Origin: a virus
Lineage: Duplodnaviria; Caudoviricetes
IMG/VR virus record: IMGVR_UViG_3300009194_000013
Coordinates: 1 to 57,216 of that record
Length of the DNA stretch: 57,216 nt
Strand: one strand, 5' to 3'
Shown here piece after piece: positions 47,715-56,738 of the stretch (position 1 is its first letter; each line of letters starts with the position of its first letter). The position numbers and the translations under genes are program-made. The notes beneath the pieces are model-generated. The model saw only the letters and a list, made by a program, of their open reading frames with translations. It did not search any database and was not told the DNA's origin.

Positions 47715-47939
47715 ATGAACATCTACGCATTTATCATCGGTTGGCTCGTCGGCTTTGTTTGCTTGCGCATACTCGACCGTCTCAAGCGCAAGCCGGATGA
47801 ACCCAAAGACGGTTGTCACGATCCACTCATGCAATGCGACGACCCAATGGCGTGCTACGGAGGCAAAGTAAAGCGCTGCAAGAACTCAAACGTCGTTGAC
47901 GGCAGTGAGTTGTTATTCAAGGACGACGGCAAGTCATGA
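47715..47939 (+). CDS. Small membrane-anchored protein
   Basis: GAAAGGA RBS; N-terminal TM segment. Confidence 0.6.
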   Translation: MNIYAFIIGWLVGFVCLRILDRLKRKPDEPKDGCHDPLMQCDDPMACYGGKVKRCKNSNVVDGSELLFKDDGKS

Positions 47940-48154
47940 GCTACATCCTTCTCAACAAGCGCAACCGTCCTGCCGGTGGCCATCGACTTATCCGCGAGAC
48001 GGTAGGCGAGAGTGCTGCGATGTTCGCTCGCTTTTGGGACTTACATGACAGCGACAACGCACCTCACCGCTGGCACGACATCAACAAGAAGCCGCAAGAA
48101 GTCGGTCTGTGTGAACAAACGACTCTCTTCCAATCGGACGACCTCACGTCGTAA
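47936..48154 (+). CDS. Hypothetical protein
   Basis: ATGA overlap. Confidence 0.55.
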   Translation: MSYILLNKRNRPAGGHRLIRETVGESAAMFARFWDLHDSDNAPHRWHDINKKPQEVGLCEQTTLFQSDDLTS

Positions 48155-48272
48155 GTTCTCATAGCCCATACAGCTTCTCGTATGGGCACCTCTGTTATCA
48201 AAACACCCCCTGGTTGCGGCTCGGTGCGCAACCCTTATAGTCACTTACTTCGCACTTGCTAAACTGCCGTCC

Positions 48273-48542
48273 ATGAACACCGAACCCATCACCCCCCTCT
48301 TAGCCTGGCTGCGTAAGGCTACCCCTGAGCAAAAAGAGCGAGCCGCGACTCTCGCAGGCACCAAGGTCAACTACCTCTTCCAGCTTGCCTCAGAGGGCGG
48401 CAACCGGGGTAAGAACATCTCGGCAGCACTGGCCTTCCGCATTGAAGACGCCATGCGTGTCGTAGAACAAGAGTCGAAGGGGTCGCTCAAAGCAGTCAGT
48501 GCCCGCGAGCTTGCGTCCATGTGGACAGTCGCGGGGTTCTAA
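48273..48542 (+). CDS. Cro-like HTH regulator
   Basis: AATLAGTKVNYLFQLA...SAALAFRIE; operator at 48249-48262 just upstream. Confidence 0.7.
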   Translation: MNTEPITPLLAWLRKATPEQKERAATLAGTKVNYLFQLASEGGNRGKNISAALAFRIEDAMRVVEQESKGSLKAVSARELASMWTVAGF

Positions 48543-48546
48543 CGTC

Positions 48547-51135
48547 ATGAATCAACCAGCATCACTCCACGCGCTCCCACGCCTTCTGAAAGACTGCAAC
48601 ACATGGCTTGTGTGGCGGCTTACCCAAATTGAGGGGGAAAAGAAGCCCAAGAAAATCCCCTACTACATCAGCGGTGCGCCGCGCTCCAAAGAGATACCTC
48701 AGGGTAGCCCTGAAGACTTGAGCGCATTGACCTCACTGCAAAACGCCATCGACACAGTACCCAGGCGCAACTACAGCGGTGTTGGCTTGGCCATGATCGC
48801 TGCGAACCAGTTGGTAGCATTGGACTTTGACGATTGCGTGACAGATGGCGTCATATTGCCCGCCGTGCGCGAGCTTATCCAAGGGACATACAGCGAGTTT
48901 AGTCCGAGCGGCACTGGTATACGAGCCTTCTTCAAAGGCGCATGCCGTGACCGCAAAGATCACAACGAGAAGAAGCGCTTTGAGTTCGGCATTGAGTTCT
49001 TCCACGCTGCCGGATACGTCACGGTGACCGGCAACAGCACCCCTGATTGCTCGTTCTTCGGATGGGACATCGCCGAGATGCCTGAGAGCGTGCATGTGCT
49101 TTACAAGCAGCGCTTCGGTGCCCCTGCCTCAATGGTGGCCTATGACAGTGCGCAATCGGGCGGGATGCTGGGCGCTGTATCTGACGATGACTGGTTCGCC
49201 ACCTCGCAAGAGATCAAGCAGAAGATCGGCATGAGCATTGAGAAGGCTCGCGTGCTGCTTGAGCACCTGAGTGCTGATTGCGGCTATCAAGAGTGGTTGC
49301 AGACCGGCCAATCGCTGCATCACGAGTTCGACGGCAGCGATGAGGCGTTGGAGTTGTGGAAGGAATGGTCTAAGACATCGAACGAGAAGTACCCTGGCAA
49401 CAAGGCAGTTGAAGCAAAGTGGAACTCGTTCGGCTCTTACACAGGCCCCTCGATCACAGGCGCGTATCTGCTGCGTCACGCAAAGGACGCCAAGACGCTT
49501 GAGAAGTATGAGGCGGTTGCCGAGTGGAAAGAGCAGATCAAAGAGTGTGAAGAGGAAATGCAGATTCGCGAGAAGCTGTGCCCTCAGATCGCCAAAGACA
49601 CGCGCCTGCAAGACATTGATCGCGAGTCACTTGCTCAGACGCTGCTTGAGAAGTTCAAGAAGTTCGGCACGAAACTCACGATTGCCTTTTGCCGCAAGCT
49701 CATCACGCCGCCCGATAAGCTGACACCCACCGTCAAGCAAAAGAGACCGCTCACCGAGTTTGGCAACTGCGACCGCATGCTGGACAAGTACGGTGACTCG
49801 CTGATGTTCGTTCCTGAGACGGACGCCTGGTACTGCTGGACAGGCGTGTATTGGAAGCGCAGCACCAAGACCGAGATTGAGTTCTATGCCAAAGAGACGA
49901 TCAGAGGTTTGGTACATGAGGCGGGTGAGCATGAGCAAGACATCGCTGAGTTCTACGACTTCTGCAAGATCAGCCAGCAAGCAAAGATGGTGCGCAACGT
50001 CGTTGACTTGGCCAGTAGTGATCCTCGCGTTTGCGTGCCTGCTTGTGAGTTGGACAAACACAAGGGTTTGCTGTGCGTGCAGAACGGGGTTGTCAATCTG
50101 CGCACAGGTGAGTTGATGCAGCCTGACCCTGCGTACCGGATGACCAGGGCATGCGCGTGCGATTACAACCCAAAAGCACAAGCGCCGCTTTTCAGGAAAG
50201 TGCTCAGCGATGTGTTCAATGATGACCGTGAGATGTGTGAGTTCTTCATGCGTCTGATTGGTTACGCGGCGGTTGGCGATCCGGTAGAAGACGTGATGGT
50301 CATCCCCTACGGCAACGGCTCCAACGGCAAGAGCACGGTCTTCGGAACGATCCGCAAAGTGTTAGGCACATACGCTAAGTCTGCGGCGCCTGAAACTTTT
50401 GTGAGCGATGGACGCAGCAATTCAGGCAGCGGACCGCGTGAGGACATCGTGAGACTACAAGGCGCACGCTTTGTCTACATCGCTGAGCCTGATGAGGGCT
50501 CTGAGCTACGAGAAGGTGCTATCAAGTCAATGACAGGTGGCGATGCGATCCCTGCACGCGCAATGTATGCCCGCATGTCGATTGAGGTAGAGCCTTCATG
50601 GGTGCCGTTCATGCCTACCAACCACAAGCCGGTTGTCAAGGGTAACGACAATGGTATTTGGCGCCGCCTGGTGCTGCTTCCATTCACCCGTAACTTTGAG
50701 AACGACCCACTGATTACGAAGGATGAAGATTTGGCGCAAAAGCTCGAAGCAGAAGCCGAGGGGGTATTAGCACTTGTCGTGTTGGCGGCGGGGGCCTACC
50801 TGGCAAGAGGCTTGTTGCTGCCTGAGTCTGTCAAGAGGGCACGAGACGAGTACCGGGCGCAAATGGACTTGTTGTCCGAATGGTTGGACGAGAGATGCGA
50901 GATGCAGTCCGAGTATCGCGAGTCGATGAAATCGCTGTGGGCGTCTTGGGAAACCTTCGCAAAACAGAGGGGTGTTTTGCAATATGTGAAGTCAAGCATT
51001 GCCCTTGGCAAGCGCTTGGAGCAGCGTTTCCCGCCGTTCAAGGACGCGTCTGGTCAAAGGTGGCGTTTAGGATTGAAGCTCAAGTCGATTGATGTCAATG
51101 CTGACGATTGGGCTGACGGCTTTTTTGAATCGTGA
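48547..51135 (+). CDS. Primase (AEP-type + PriCT-2-like) fused to D5/P4-type SF3 helicase
   Basis: LDFD, SPSGTG, GYVTVTG; W.EWS..S..KY; GNGSNGKST, IKSMTGGD, TNHKP, WRR. Confidence 0.93.
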   Translation: MNQPASLHALPRLLKDCNTWLVWRLTQIEGEKKPKKIPYYISGAPRSKEIPQGSPEDLSALTSLQNAIDTVPRRNYSGVGLAMIAANQLVALDFDDCVTDGVILPAVRELIQGTYSEFSPSGTGIRAFFKGACRDRKDHNEKKRFEFGIEFFHAAGYVTVTGNSTPDCSFFGWDIAEMPESVHVLYKQRFGAPASMVAYDSAQSGGMLGAVSDDDWFATSQEIKQKIGMSIEKARVLLEHLSADCGYQEWLQTGQSLHHEFDGSDEALELWKEWSKTSNEKYPGNKAVEAKWNSFGSYTGPSITGAYLLRHAKDAKTLEKYEAVAEWKEQIKECEEEMQIREKLCPQIAKDTRLQDIDRESLAQTLLEKFKKFGTKLTIAFCRKLITPPDKLTPTVKQKRPLTEFGNCDRMLDKYGDSLMFVPETDAWYCWTGVYWKRSTKTEIEFYAKETIRGLVHEAGEHEQDIAEFYDFCKISQQAKMVRNVVDLASSDPRVCVPACELDKHKGLLCVQNGVVNLRTGELMQPDPAYRMTRACACDYNPKAQAPLFRKVLSDVFNDDREMCEFFMRLIGYAAVGDPVEDVMVIPYGNGSNGKSTVFGTIRKVLGTYAKSAAPETFVSDGRSNSGSGPREDIVRLQGARFVYIAEPDEGSELREGAIKSMTGGDAIPARAMYARMSIEVEPSWVPFMPTNHKPVVKGNDNGIWRRLVLLPFTRNFENDPLITKDEDLAQKLEAEAEGVLALVVLAAGAYLARGLLLPESVKRARDEYRAQMDLLSEWLDERCEMQSEYRESMKSLWASWETFAKQRGVLQYVKSSIALGKRLEQRFPPFKDASGQRWRLGLKLKSIDVNADDWADGFFES

Positions 51136-51145
51136 CGATTGGTTT

Positions 51146-51244
51146 TACGGCAGGTACGGCAGGTTTAAGCTCTTTTACATGAACTAGTTCACCTCACACG
51201 AGAGGGTTCTATAAAAAGGGTATTAACCTGCCGTACCTGCCGTA
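51146..51244. other. Probable replication origin: perfect 20-bp inverted repeats around an AT-rich spacer
   Basis: TACGGCAGGTACGGCAGGTT (51146-65) / AACCTGCCGTACCTGCCGTA (51225-44); palindrome TGAACTAGTTCA at 51180-91. Confidence 0.65.
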
Positions 51245-51294
51245 GAGGGTTTAGATTAGTAACTGAATGATGTTTTCTGAAAGGTAGGTTCTCA

Positions 51295-51921
51295 ATGAGA
51301 CAAAAGACACACGGGATTCTTGAAGATGTAGCGGCTGAGATCGGGTACACAGCTACGTGCCTACTGGTCGATTGGTTCGGTGGTATTGGTCAGTTGTATG
51401 TACCGACTGAGGTCAATGAGGATCATCCAATCACGAAGGTCATTGGCGTGCCCGCAATGAATCGCCTGGTCAAGTTGTTTGAGGGATCAGACGTGCATGA
51501 GCGATTCGTTTGGCTCAACCAGAACGAGCAGCGTGACATTGCACGCAGAGACCGATTGATTGCAGCGCTCTTGTTCATGGGTCTTGGTGCCAAGCAGATC
51601 GGCGTGCTCTCAGGCATGAGCGAGCGGCATGTATTCCTGGCCCGTCAGCGTGTCGAGCGGCTTGGTATCTTGCCGATGATCCTGAGTCGTTCAGGTGTGC
51701 GCAAGCTGCATATCGTTCCGATTGAGAACGACGAGCTTGAAGAATCGCCGGATGAAAGTTATACAGAAAACCCAGGGGCAAAACCCAGGGACAAAACCCA
51801 GGGGCAAAACCCAGGGGCAAAACCCAGGGGCAAAGACTCTGCTTGTGTGGCCATGCGCGATGCGTTGACGCAGACAAAGCCACCTGTGAAGAAAACTCGG
51901 CGCGTGCGTCGTAAGTATTGA
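51295..51921 (+). CDS. Mor/C-like late transcription activator
   Basis: IG..AT..LV..FGG...LYVP, RRD..I, C-terminal HTH GMSERHV. Confidence 0.7.
   Translation: MRQKTHGILEDVAAEIGYTATCLLVDWFGGIGQLYVPTEVNEDHPITKVIGVPAMNRLVKLFEGSDVHERFVWLNQNEQRDIARRDRLIAALLFMGLGAKQIGVLSGMSERHVFLARQRVERLGILPMILSRSGVRKLHIVPIENDELEESPDESYTENPGAKPRDKTQGQNPGAKPRGKDSACVAMRDALTQTKPPVKKTRRVRRKY
51767..51834. repeat. Tandem 13-mer (AAAACCCAGGGGC)x5, one variant unit
   Basis: Read directly; lies inside the activator CDS. Confidence 0.95.
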
Positions 51922-51934
51922 AAGGAGATCGGAG

Positions 51935-52255
51935 ATGAGCCAGCAGCCTTATGCGATTACTGATGAGCAGGTATGTCGTGCGGTTGACCACTATTGGTGT
52001 GGTCGGCGTAGGTGGGGTAAAGCTAGCAATCCGCTTTACATACTCATGACTATGACTCAGAGGGGGCGCGATGAATGCTTAGCTGCAATGCGCCTCGCAT
52101 TCAACAAGCAGTTGATTCAGCACAACGTCTACATCGAGTTGTCGTGGCTAACCAAAGCGGGATACGACTTACTCGACAGAGACATCCCGCTTGATACGCC
52201 CGTCTTTAACGAAAGCGATTCAACAGATCATTGCACTCAGATGAAGGGTACGTGA
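51935..52255 (+). CDS. Hypothetical protein
   Basis: AAGGAG RBS. Confidence 0.55.
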   Translation: MSQQPYAITDEQVCRAVDHYWCGRRRWGKASNPLYILMTMTQRGRDECLAAMRLAFNKQLIQHNVYIELSWLTKAGYDLLDRDIPLDTPVFNESDSTDHCTQMKGT

Positions 52256-52523
52256 TCTCATCGGGCATGTCGGCAAGCTCTGCAATGGAGCCCGACAGCC
52301 GGTCCATGTCAATCGCACACGCCCGCAACTGATCGAGGGTGATGTTGTGCGCATTGCAGTAGCAGCGAACCGCTTCAGCAATGATTAGATGCATGCTGTG
52401 ACCCATCGTCACACAAACCTGGGCGCCGAGCACGTTCAGGTTAACAAGGTAAACGACCTCGGCGGTGTGCGTCTGAGTGATACGAATCATCTCGGCTTCG
52501 TATTCTGCTTGTGTCATGGGCAT
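52206..52523 (-). CDS. Hypothetical protein
   Basis: Plausible ORF with purine-rich upstream sequence. Confidence 0.5.
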   Translation of the reverse strand: MPMTQAEYEAEMIRITQTHTAEVVYLVNLNVLGAQVCVTMGHSMHLIIAEAVRCYCNAHNITLDQLRACAIDMDRLSGSIAELADMPDEITYPSSECNDLLNRFR

Positions 52524-52824
52524 GGTGCTTGTCTTTCCGGTGTTAAGTGAAAACTGGAATTGAAAATTGAACAGGATAGCTTTTCTGGAAATGCTGTTTT
52601 TGTTACGACTCCTTTCTCTCGCTCACCGCGCCGCGCTCTGATCGCCAGGAAAAGCCAAGTTGCTCAGAATCGCGTTTAGTCAGCGGATTGCATGCATTGG
52701 ATTGCGTATCGTAAGCATGCGTAACGCGTGCCAGTTGAACTATCAGAGAGTGGTCAAGGGGTAGCATAGTGTTTGGCTTTTATTCGCTCAGAATCGGCTT
52801 TGATGCGTTTTGAATGCATGCATG

Positions 52825-52961
52825 AAAAAGGGGTCACGCCCCATTACCGAAGCGTGACCCCTAGGCCGTTCAGGCTCATTGCCCGGTTTGAAATGCACAA
52901 AGGCTAGCCACCCCCGAGAGAGTGGCTAGCCCCTAGGCAATTCGCAGGCCGTCAGCCTGCG
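52825..52961 (-). terminator. Cluster of three hairpins ending the early block
   Basis: Stems at 52829-62, 52902-31 and 52943-61; the first two are followed by T-tracts on the - strand. Confidence 0.6.
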
Positions 52962-52983
52962 GTTTAGCTTGTTTGTGCTGGCG

Positions 52984-53394
52984 TTACGTCATTCGTTCAA
53001 AGTATGCCTTGCCATCGTCACCGATGTACAAATTGTTTTCAGGGAAGAGGGTGCAGAAGCCGCATAGCTTGCTGATTCGCTCGCCTATCTTCATGGGCTT
53101 CAATTCTTTTCTATCCCAAAAGCCCGTGCCGTGGCCATTGCGGCTTAGTGCGAAGTCATGCCCCCACTGTGCGAGCGTGTAGCCGTCTTGCTGTAACGCC
53201 AGATCAAAAAGCAAGCCGCATGCGCTGGCGAAGTTCTTACAGTCTGCTTCGGCCTTTTCGCGTACACCTTCGCCTAGGTCGCAGTGAATGGACAGACTGT
53301 CGCCGGGGTTTTCGTTGTCGTCGTCACCCGGCATGACCCAAAGCAGGCAGACGAGATAACTATAGGTTACTTCTTTTAATTGGTCGCTTGTCAT
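52984..53394 (-). CDS. Phage hypothetical protein (early block)
   Basis: GHDFALSRNGHGTGFWDR; GAGGGG RBS. Confidence 0.7.
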   Translation of the reverse strand: MTSDQLKEVTYSYLVCLLWVMPGDDDNENPGDSLSIHCDLGEGVREKAEADCKNFASACGLLFDLALQQDGYTLAQWGHDFALSRNGHGTGFWDRKELKPMKIGERISKLCGFCTLFPENNLYIGDDGKAYFERMT

Positions 53395-53396
53395 GA

Positions 53397-53705
53397 TTAA
53401 GCCCCCTCTATGTCCACAGTTGCCCGCTCGCCTGTTGGTTTGAGGCGCCCAATATAAAGCGTGCCCGCATTTGAATAAATGCGGCTGTAAACCCTTCGCC
53501 ATTTGCCGCCATGAAAAACCATGTAGCGGGTTGGAATACGTGACCCATAGCCCGCCCCGGTGAAGCTAAGGCCGCCGACATGGTGCGGTAGTTCTTTTAT
53601 TTTTACAAGGCAATCTGTAATTGTGCGGCAGTTATACACGGGCTGTGCATCGTAATGCAGCTCTGATTTGTCGCGATATGTCGATAATTGAATTATGGCT
53701 TTCAT
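53397..53705 (-). CDS. Hypothetical protein
   Basis: GAGG RBS; GYGSRIPTRYM...WRRVY...SNAGT. Confidence 0.7.
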   Translation of the reverse strand: MKAIIQLSTYRDKSELHYDAQPVYNCRTITDCLVKIKELPHHVGGLSFTGAGYGSRIPTRYMVFHGGKWRRVYSRIYSNAGTLYIGRLKPTGERATVDIEGA

Positions 53706-53850
53706 TAAAGCACCTCATGAAAAATAAAATAGGGGTTTGGTTTGCACGGTCTTGCCTTTTTCTTTTTCGTTTTTTGCAAATTGCCGTGCCGGGCGTCGCT
53801 GAGTGAATTTATGGGGGGTGCCGTTCACGATAACTAGCCATTGTGTGGGT

Positions 53851-54078
53851 TTAGCCATTCAAAACCTCCAGTTCAACGCAATTGCAGTCTCTACGCAAAT
53901 AGACAAGGCACTGGTTTGCAGTGGGGTATTCGGGGGATTCGGCAAAGCCGATACCTGGGGCACTGCACAAATGCAGCGTGTAGCCGTTGTCTGTTTGCCA
54001 AATTTCAGCATGCGTTATGCCGTTGGCCTTGAGATATTGAGCCCGCATAGTGGGATTGTTTGCGTATGCGTTAAGCAT
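53851..54078 (-). CDS. Hypothetical protein
   Basis: Tiles in operon. Confidence 0.5.
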   Translation of the reverse strand: MLNAYANNPTMRAQYLKANGITHAEIWQTDNGYTLHLCSAPGIGFAESPEYPTANQCLVYLRRDCNCVELEVLNG

Positions 54079-54259
54079 TTTTCAACACCTTATAAAAGGA
54101 TTTGAAAAAATGGCACGCTTCGCGGTAAGTGTCACACGTAATTTTGTCGTGTAGTTCGCCGGATGCTTTTCGGGCAATCACTGAATACATGCCAGATGGT
54201 TGCAGTTTTTCCATTTGCACGGATGCACCATCGGGGGTTAATTTAATTTTTGTTTTCAT
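54071..54259 (-). CDS. Hypothetical protein
   Basis: Tiles in operon. Confidence 0.55.
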   Translation of the reverse strand: MKTKIKLTPDGASVQMEKLQPSGMYSVIARKASGELHDKITCDTYREACHFFKSFYKVLKNA

Positions 54260-54602
54260 TTAGAAACCTTATCAAATCAATTTGTTTAATTGCTTCTGCC
54301 AGCAATTCCCGTGCAGTCATATGACCGAATTTAGGCGCGTGGCAGTGCGCGTAATAGTCAATTGTTTCATCTCCTTCTTGGTATTCTTCGCCAGAATAAC
54401 CAAGAAAATGCAATGCAATGCTGGCCACATAATCCGCCCTTTGTTGATATGCCTGCGCTCGATTGTGTGCTGCGAATGGCTCAGAACCCGCTACTTCCGG
54501 GCTTGTCATTTTGTATGGCTTGTAAACGTGCCACCGACCACTTATATAGTGCGGCATACTGACGTGTAGTGCTGCACGTTTTAATGCTTGTTTGCGGTTC
54601 AT
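54243..54602 (-). CDS. Hypothetical protein
   Basis: GAGGG RBS. Confidence 0.55.
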   Translation of the reverse strand: MNRKQALKRAALHVSMPHYISGRWHVYKPYKMTSPEVAGSEPFAAHNRAQAYQQRADYVASIALHFLGYSGEEYQEGDETIDYYAHCHAPKFGHMTARELLAEAIKQIDLIRFLNENKN

Positions 54603-54613
54603 GGTTTGACCCC

Positions 54614-55150
54614 TCAAATTGTTACAACGTCACGTTCAGCCCAGTATTCACGCTCGGCGCTTTCCTTTTGGGTGGCTTGCCTGTGCCCACTTATTGCGTG
54701 CTCGGCTTCTGCTATGGCGCATTCTGTCGCGTATTTTTCATCGTCGTATCCCCCGCAGTAATCCTCTTTTATTTGCTCGCCTTCCGGGCTTGTCACTGCG
54801 CATTTGTAATAAAGCCAATGCCACTCATTGCGAAGCCATCCGCGTAAATAGTCAATATCGGCTTGTACTGCCAGTGCGGCTTTCTGGCGTTTTGTGATAC
54901 CTGCGGGCTCATTCTCGCTGCCCCATCCGTCGCGCAGTGCTTCGGCTTGTGCGGCTTGCAGGTCGTACAGGTGATAATAATCACGGTCTCGGTGGATTAC
55001 CACTTCGCCGGGTTTTTTAGCGGGCTTGTGCGCCCATGTATAAACCTCGCGCACCTTACCGTGCCCGTCATTTTCAATCCACGGGGCTCGCATGTCGGTA
55101 TCTTGCTCTATTTCTATTTCGACCGTGTAGCCGTTGATGATGGTTTTCAT
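54614..55150 (-). CDS. Phage hypothetical protein (early block)
   Basis: APW..DGHG, YLRGW...W, YWAERDV. Confidence 0.7.
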   Translation of the reverse strand: MKTIINGYTVEIEIEQDTDMRAPWIENDGHGKVREVYTWAHKPAKKPGEVVIHRDRDYYHLYDLQAAQAEALRDGWGSENEPAGITKRQKAALAVQADIDYLRGWLRNEWHWLYYKCAVTSPEGEQIKEDYCGGYDDEKYATECAIAEAEHAISGHRQATQKESAEREYWAERDVVTI

Positions 55151-55410
55151 GGTTGATTGTCCTTTGAAAACGTCAGAGCGTTATATAACGCGTCAACCTC
55201 TTTAAACAAATCCGGGTGTTTCATTGCGGCTAGACAGCCCCTGAATTCTTGATTACGTGAAACATCCAGACCGAACAATTTAAACAAGCCGTTTACACAC
55301 TCCCCCACAATATCGGCTTGCGCTTTGTTTGCGTCGTCTTCGTCTTCAAACAAACGCCCGTCGCTGGTTTTATATGCCGTGGTGGCCACTGTCTTGAAAT
55401 TGGTTTTCAC
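55147..55410 (-). CDS. Hypothetical protein
   Basis: AYKTSDGRLFEDE..A. Confidence 0.6.
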   Translation of the reverse strand: MKTNFKTVATTAYKTSDGRLFEDEDDANKAQADIVGECVNGLFKLFGLDVSRNQEFRGCLAAMKHPDLFKEVDALYNALTFSKDNQP

Positions 55411-55421
55411 GGTCTACCCTT

Positions 55422-55706
55422 TTAAATTCGAGTTATTGAGGCAATACCTGCCTCTTTTAAAAGCCATGCCGCACCGTATATACGTGAGCCATTGGCGTGC
55501 TTTGCAAATGCTGATTTCGGCATAGCCTTATTTATTTCAGCACACATCATGAATAGCTGAAATTCACTCACATATGTTTCTGTAAGTGTCCCGATTAAAA
55601 CAGGCTCATTTCTTTTTATTTTGTATATTTTTACCGTTTTATGGCAGTGCCATGAACCATTGCTTTTTCTATCTTTTTCTTCATATGTGTAAATGAAGTG
55701 CAGCAT
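55422..55706 (-). CDS. Hypothetical protein
   Basis: GAGGGG RBS. Confidence 0.6.
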   Translation of the reverse strand: MLHFIYTYEEKDRKSNGSWHCHKTVKIYKIKRNEPVLIGTLTETYVSEFQLFMMCAEINKAMPKSAFAKHANGSRIYGAAWLLKEAGIASITRI

Positions 55707-55707
55707 T

Positions 55708-56442
55708 TTAAACACCCCCCTCTTCAACAATTCCGCCGATTGCGTCATTTAACGTCACGCAATCATCTGGCGTCACAATCGAATCGGAATAGTCAGAGAG
55801 AAATAAATATCTGTGGTCGCTAGAGGTTTTAACCGGCCCTGTGTCCCCGCTCGCGTAGCTCAGATAATGGGATGAGTGCGCTCGTAAGATTGCATTCTGG
55901 GCAAAATGTCTCGCCACTAGCTTATTAAGCACCCGGTCTTCTTTGGTAACAGGTGCCAACTGCGGACACATGCCAATGTAAGCGGTACCGAAGTCAATAG
56001 ACACTTTGAAAGCAACCGAATCGACCGACGCGAAAAAATCAAACGATGCGCGGGTGTGGCTTTGGTGTATGTGGGACACACAAAGCATAGCCGCATAATC
56101 CCCGCTATGCATACTGTCTATTTTGTAGCCTTTTGACTTTTCTTTTTCAGGTAAAAGCCGCTCAGGGTGCAGCATTGTGCAACTGTTTTTCAGTATGTTA
56201 AAAGGCACGATTTGCTTGAATTTCTTGAAAATTTCAAAGGCTTGTTGTAAACCTCTCAGGTTTTTATTGCCGTTCCGGTATGTAACACCAATGGCCCCAT
56301 AAAGTGCGCCGCCAATATAGTCAGGTACAGGCAAACCATTGTTTGCAAACATTTCTAAAATCCTAGTTTCTCGCTCCAATGCTTTTACTGCTCGCTCATG
56401 CGCGGCTTGTATTTCTGCGAGTTTTTCAGCGTGAGTTTTCAT
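55708..56442 (-). CDS. Hypothetical protein
   Basis: 244-aa ORF in AT-rich block. Confidence 0.65.
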   Translation of the reverse strand: MKTHAEKLAEIQAAHERAVKALERETRILEMFANNGLPVPDYIGGALYGAIGVTYRNGNKNLRGLQQAFEIFKKFKQIVPFNILKNSCTMLHPERLLPEKEKSKGYKIDSMHSGDYAAMLCVSHIHQSHTRASFDFFASVDSVAFKVSIDFGTAYIGMCPQLAPVTKEDRVLNKLVARHFAQNAILRAHSSHYLSYASGDTGPVKTSSDHRYLFLSDYSDSIVTPDDCVTLNDAIGGIVEEGGV

Positions 56443-56447
56443 GATCG

Positions 56448-56597
56448 TTACTTTCCAAATTTGATAAAAGAAACCACACGCGCCCAAACAGACACACGCT
56501 TGATGGTGCGCACTGGCGCCGGGTGCTTGAATGTGTGGCCGATTTGGGGGGCTGATTGTGCTAACAGGACGTTAGCTGCTTGTTCGCTGCGCATCAT
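56448..56597 (-). CDS. Small hypothetical protein (49 aa; not in ORF track)
   Basis: ATGA overlap with upstream mini-gene. Confidence 0.45.
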   Translation of the reverse strand: MMRSEQAANVLLAQSAPQIGHTFKHPAPVRTIKRVSVWARVVSFIKFGK

Positions 56598-56668
56598 TTG
56601 ACAGGCCCAAAGAAAGCCCATACGAGAATGGCGACTGCCGCGATAGTTGCGATGATGTCAGGGGTCAT
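56594..56668 (-). CDS. 24-aa hydrophobic peptide (not in ORF track)
   Basis: TAGGA RBS; MTPDIIATIAAVAILVWAFFGPVK. Confidence 0.5.
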   Translation of the reverse strand: MTPDIIATIAAVAILVWAFFGPVK

Positions 56669-56738
56669 TTTGTTTCCTAAAACTTTCGGGTAGTGTGGCC
56701 CGGCGTCACGCTGCATGCCGTTCACATGCAGTAAGGGG

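Noticed and set aside
44013-48542. Lysogeny module (integrase, CI, ParA/ParB)
   Set aside because: No tyrosine/serine recombinase, S24 peptidase or Par motifs recognised; only small HTH genes
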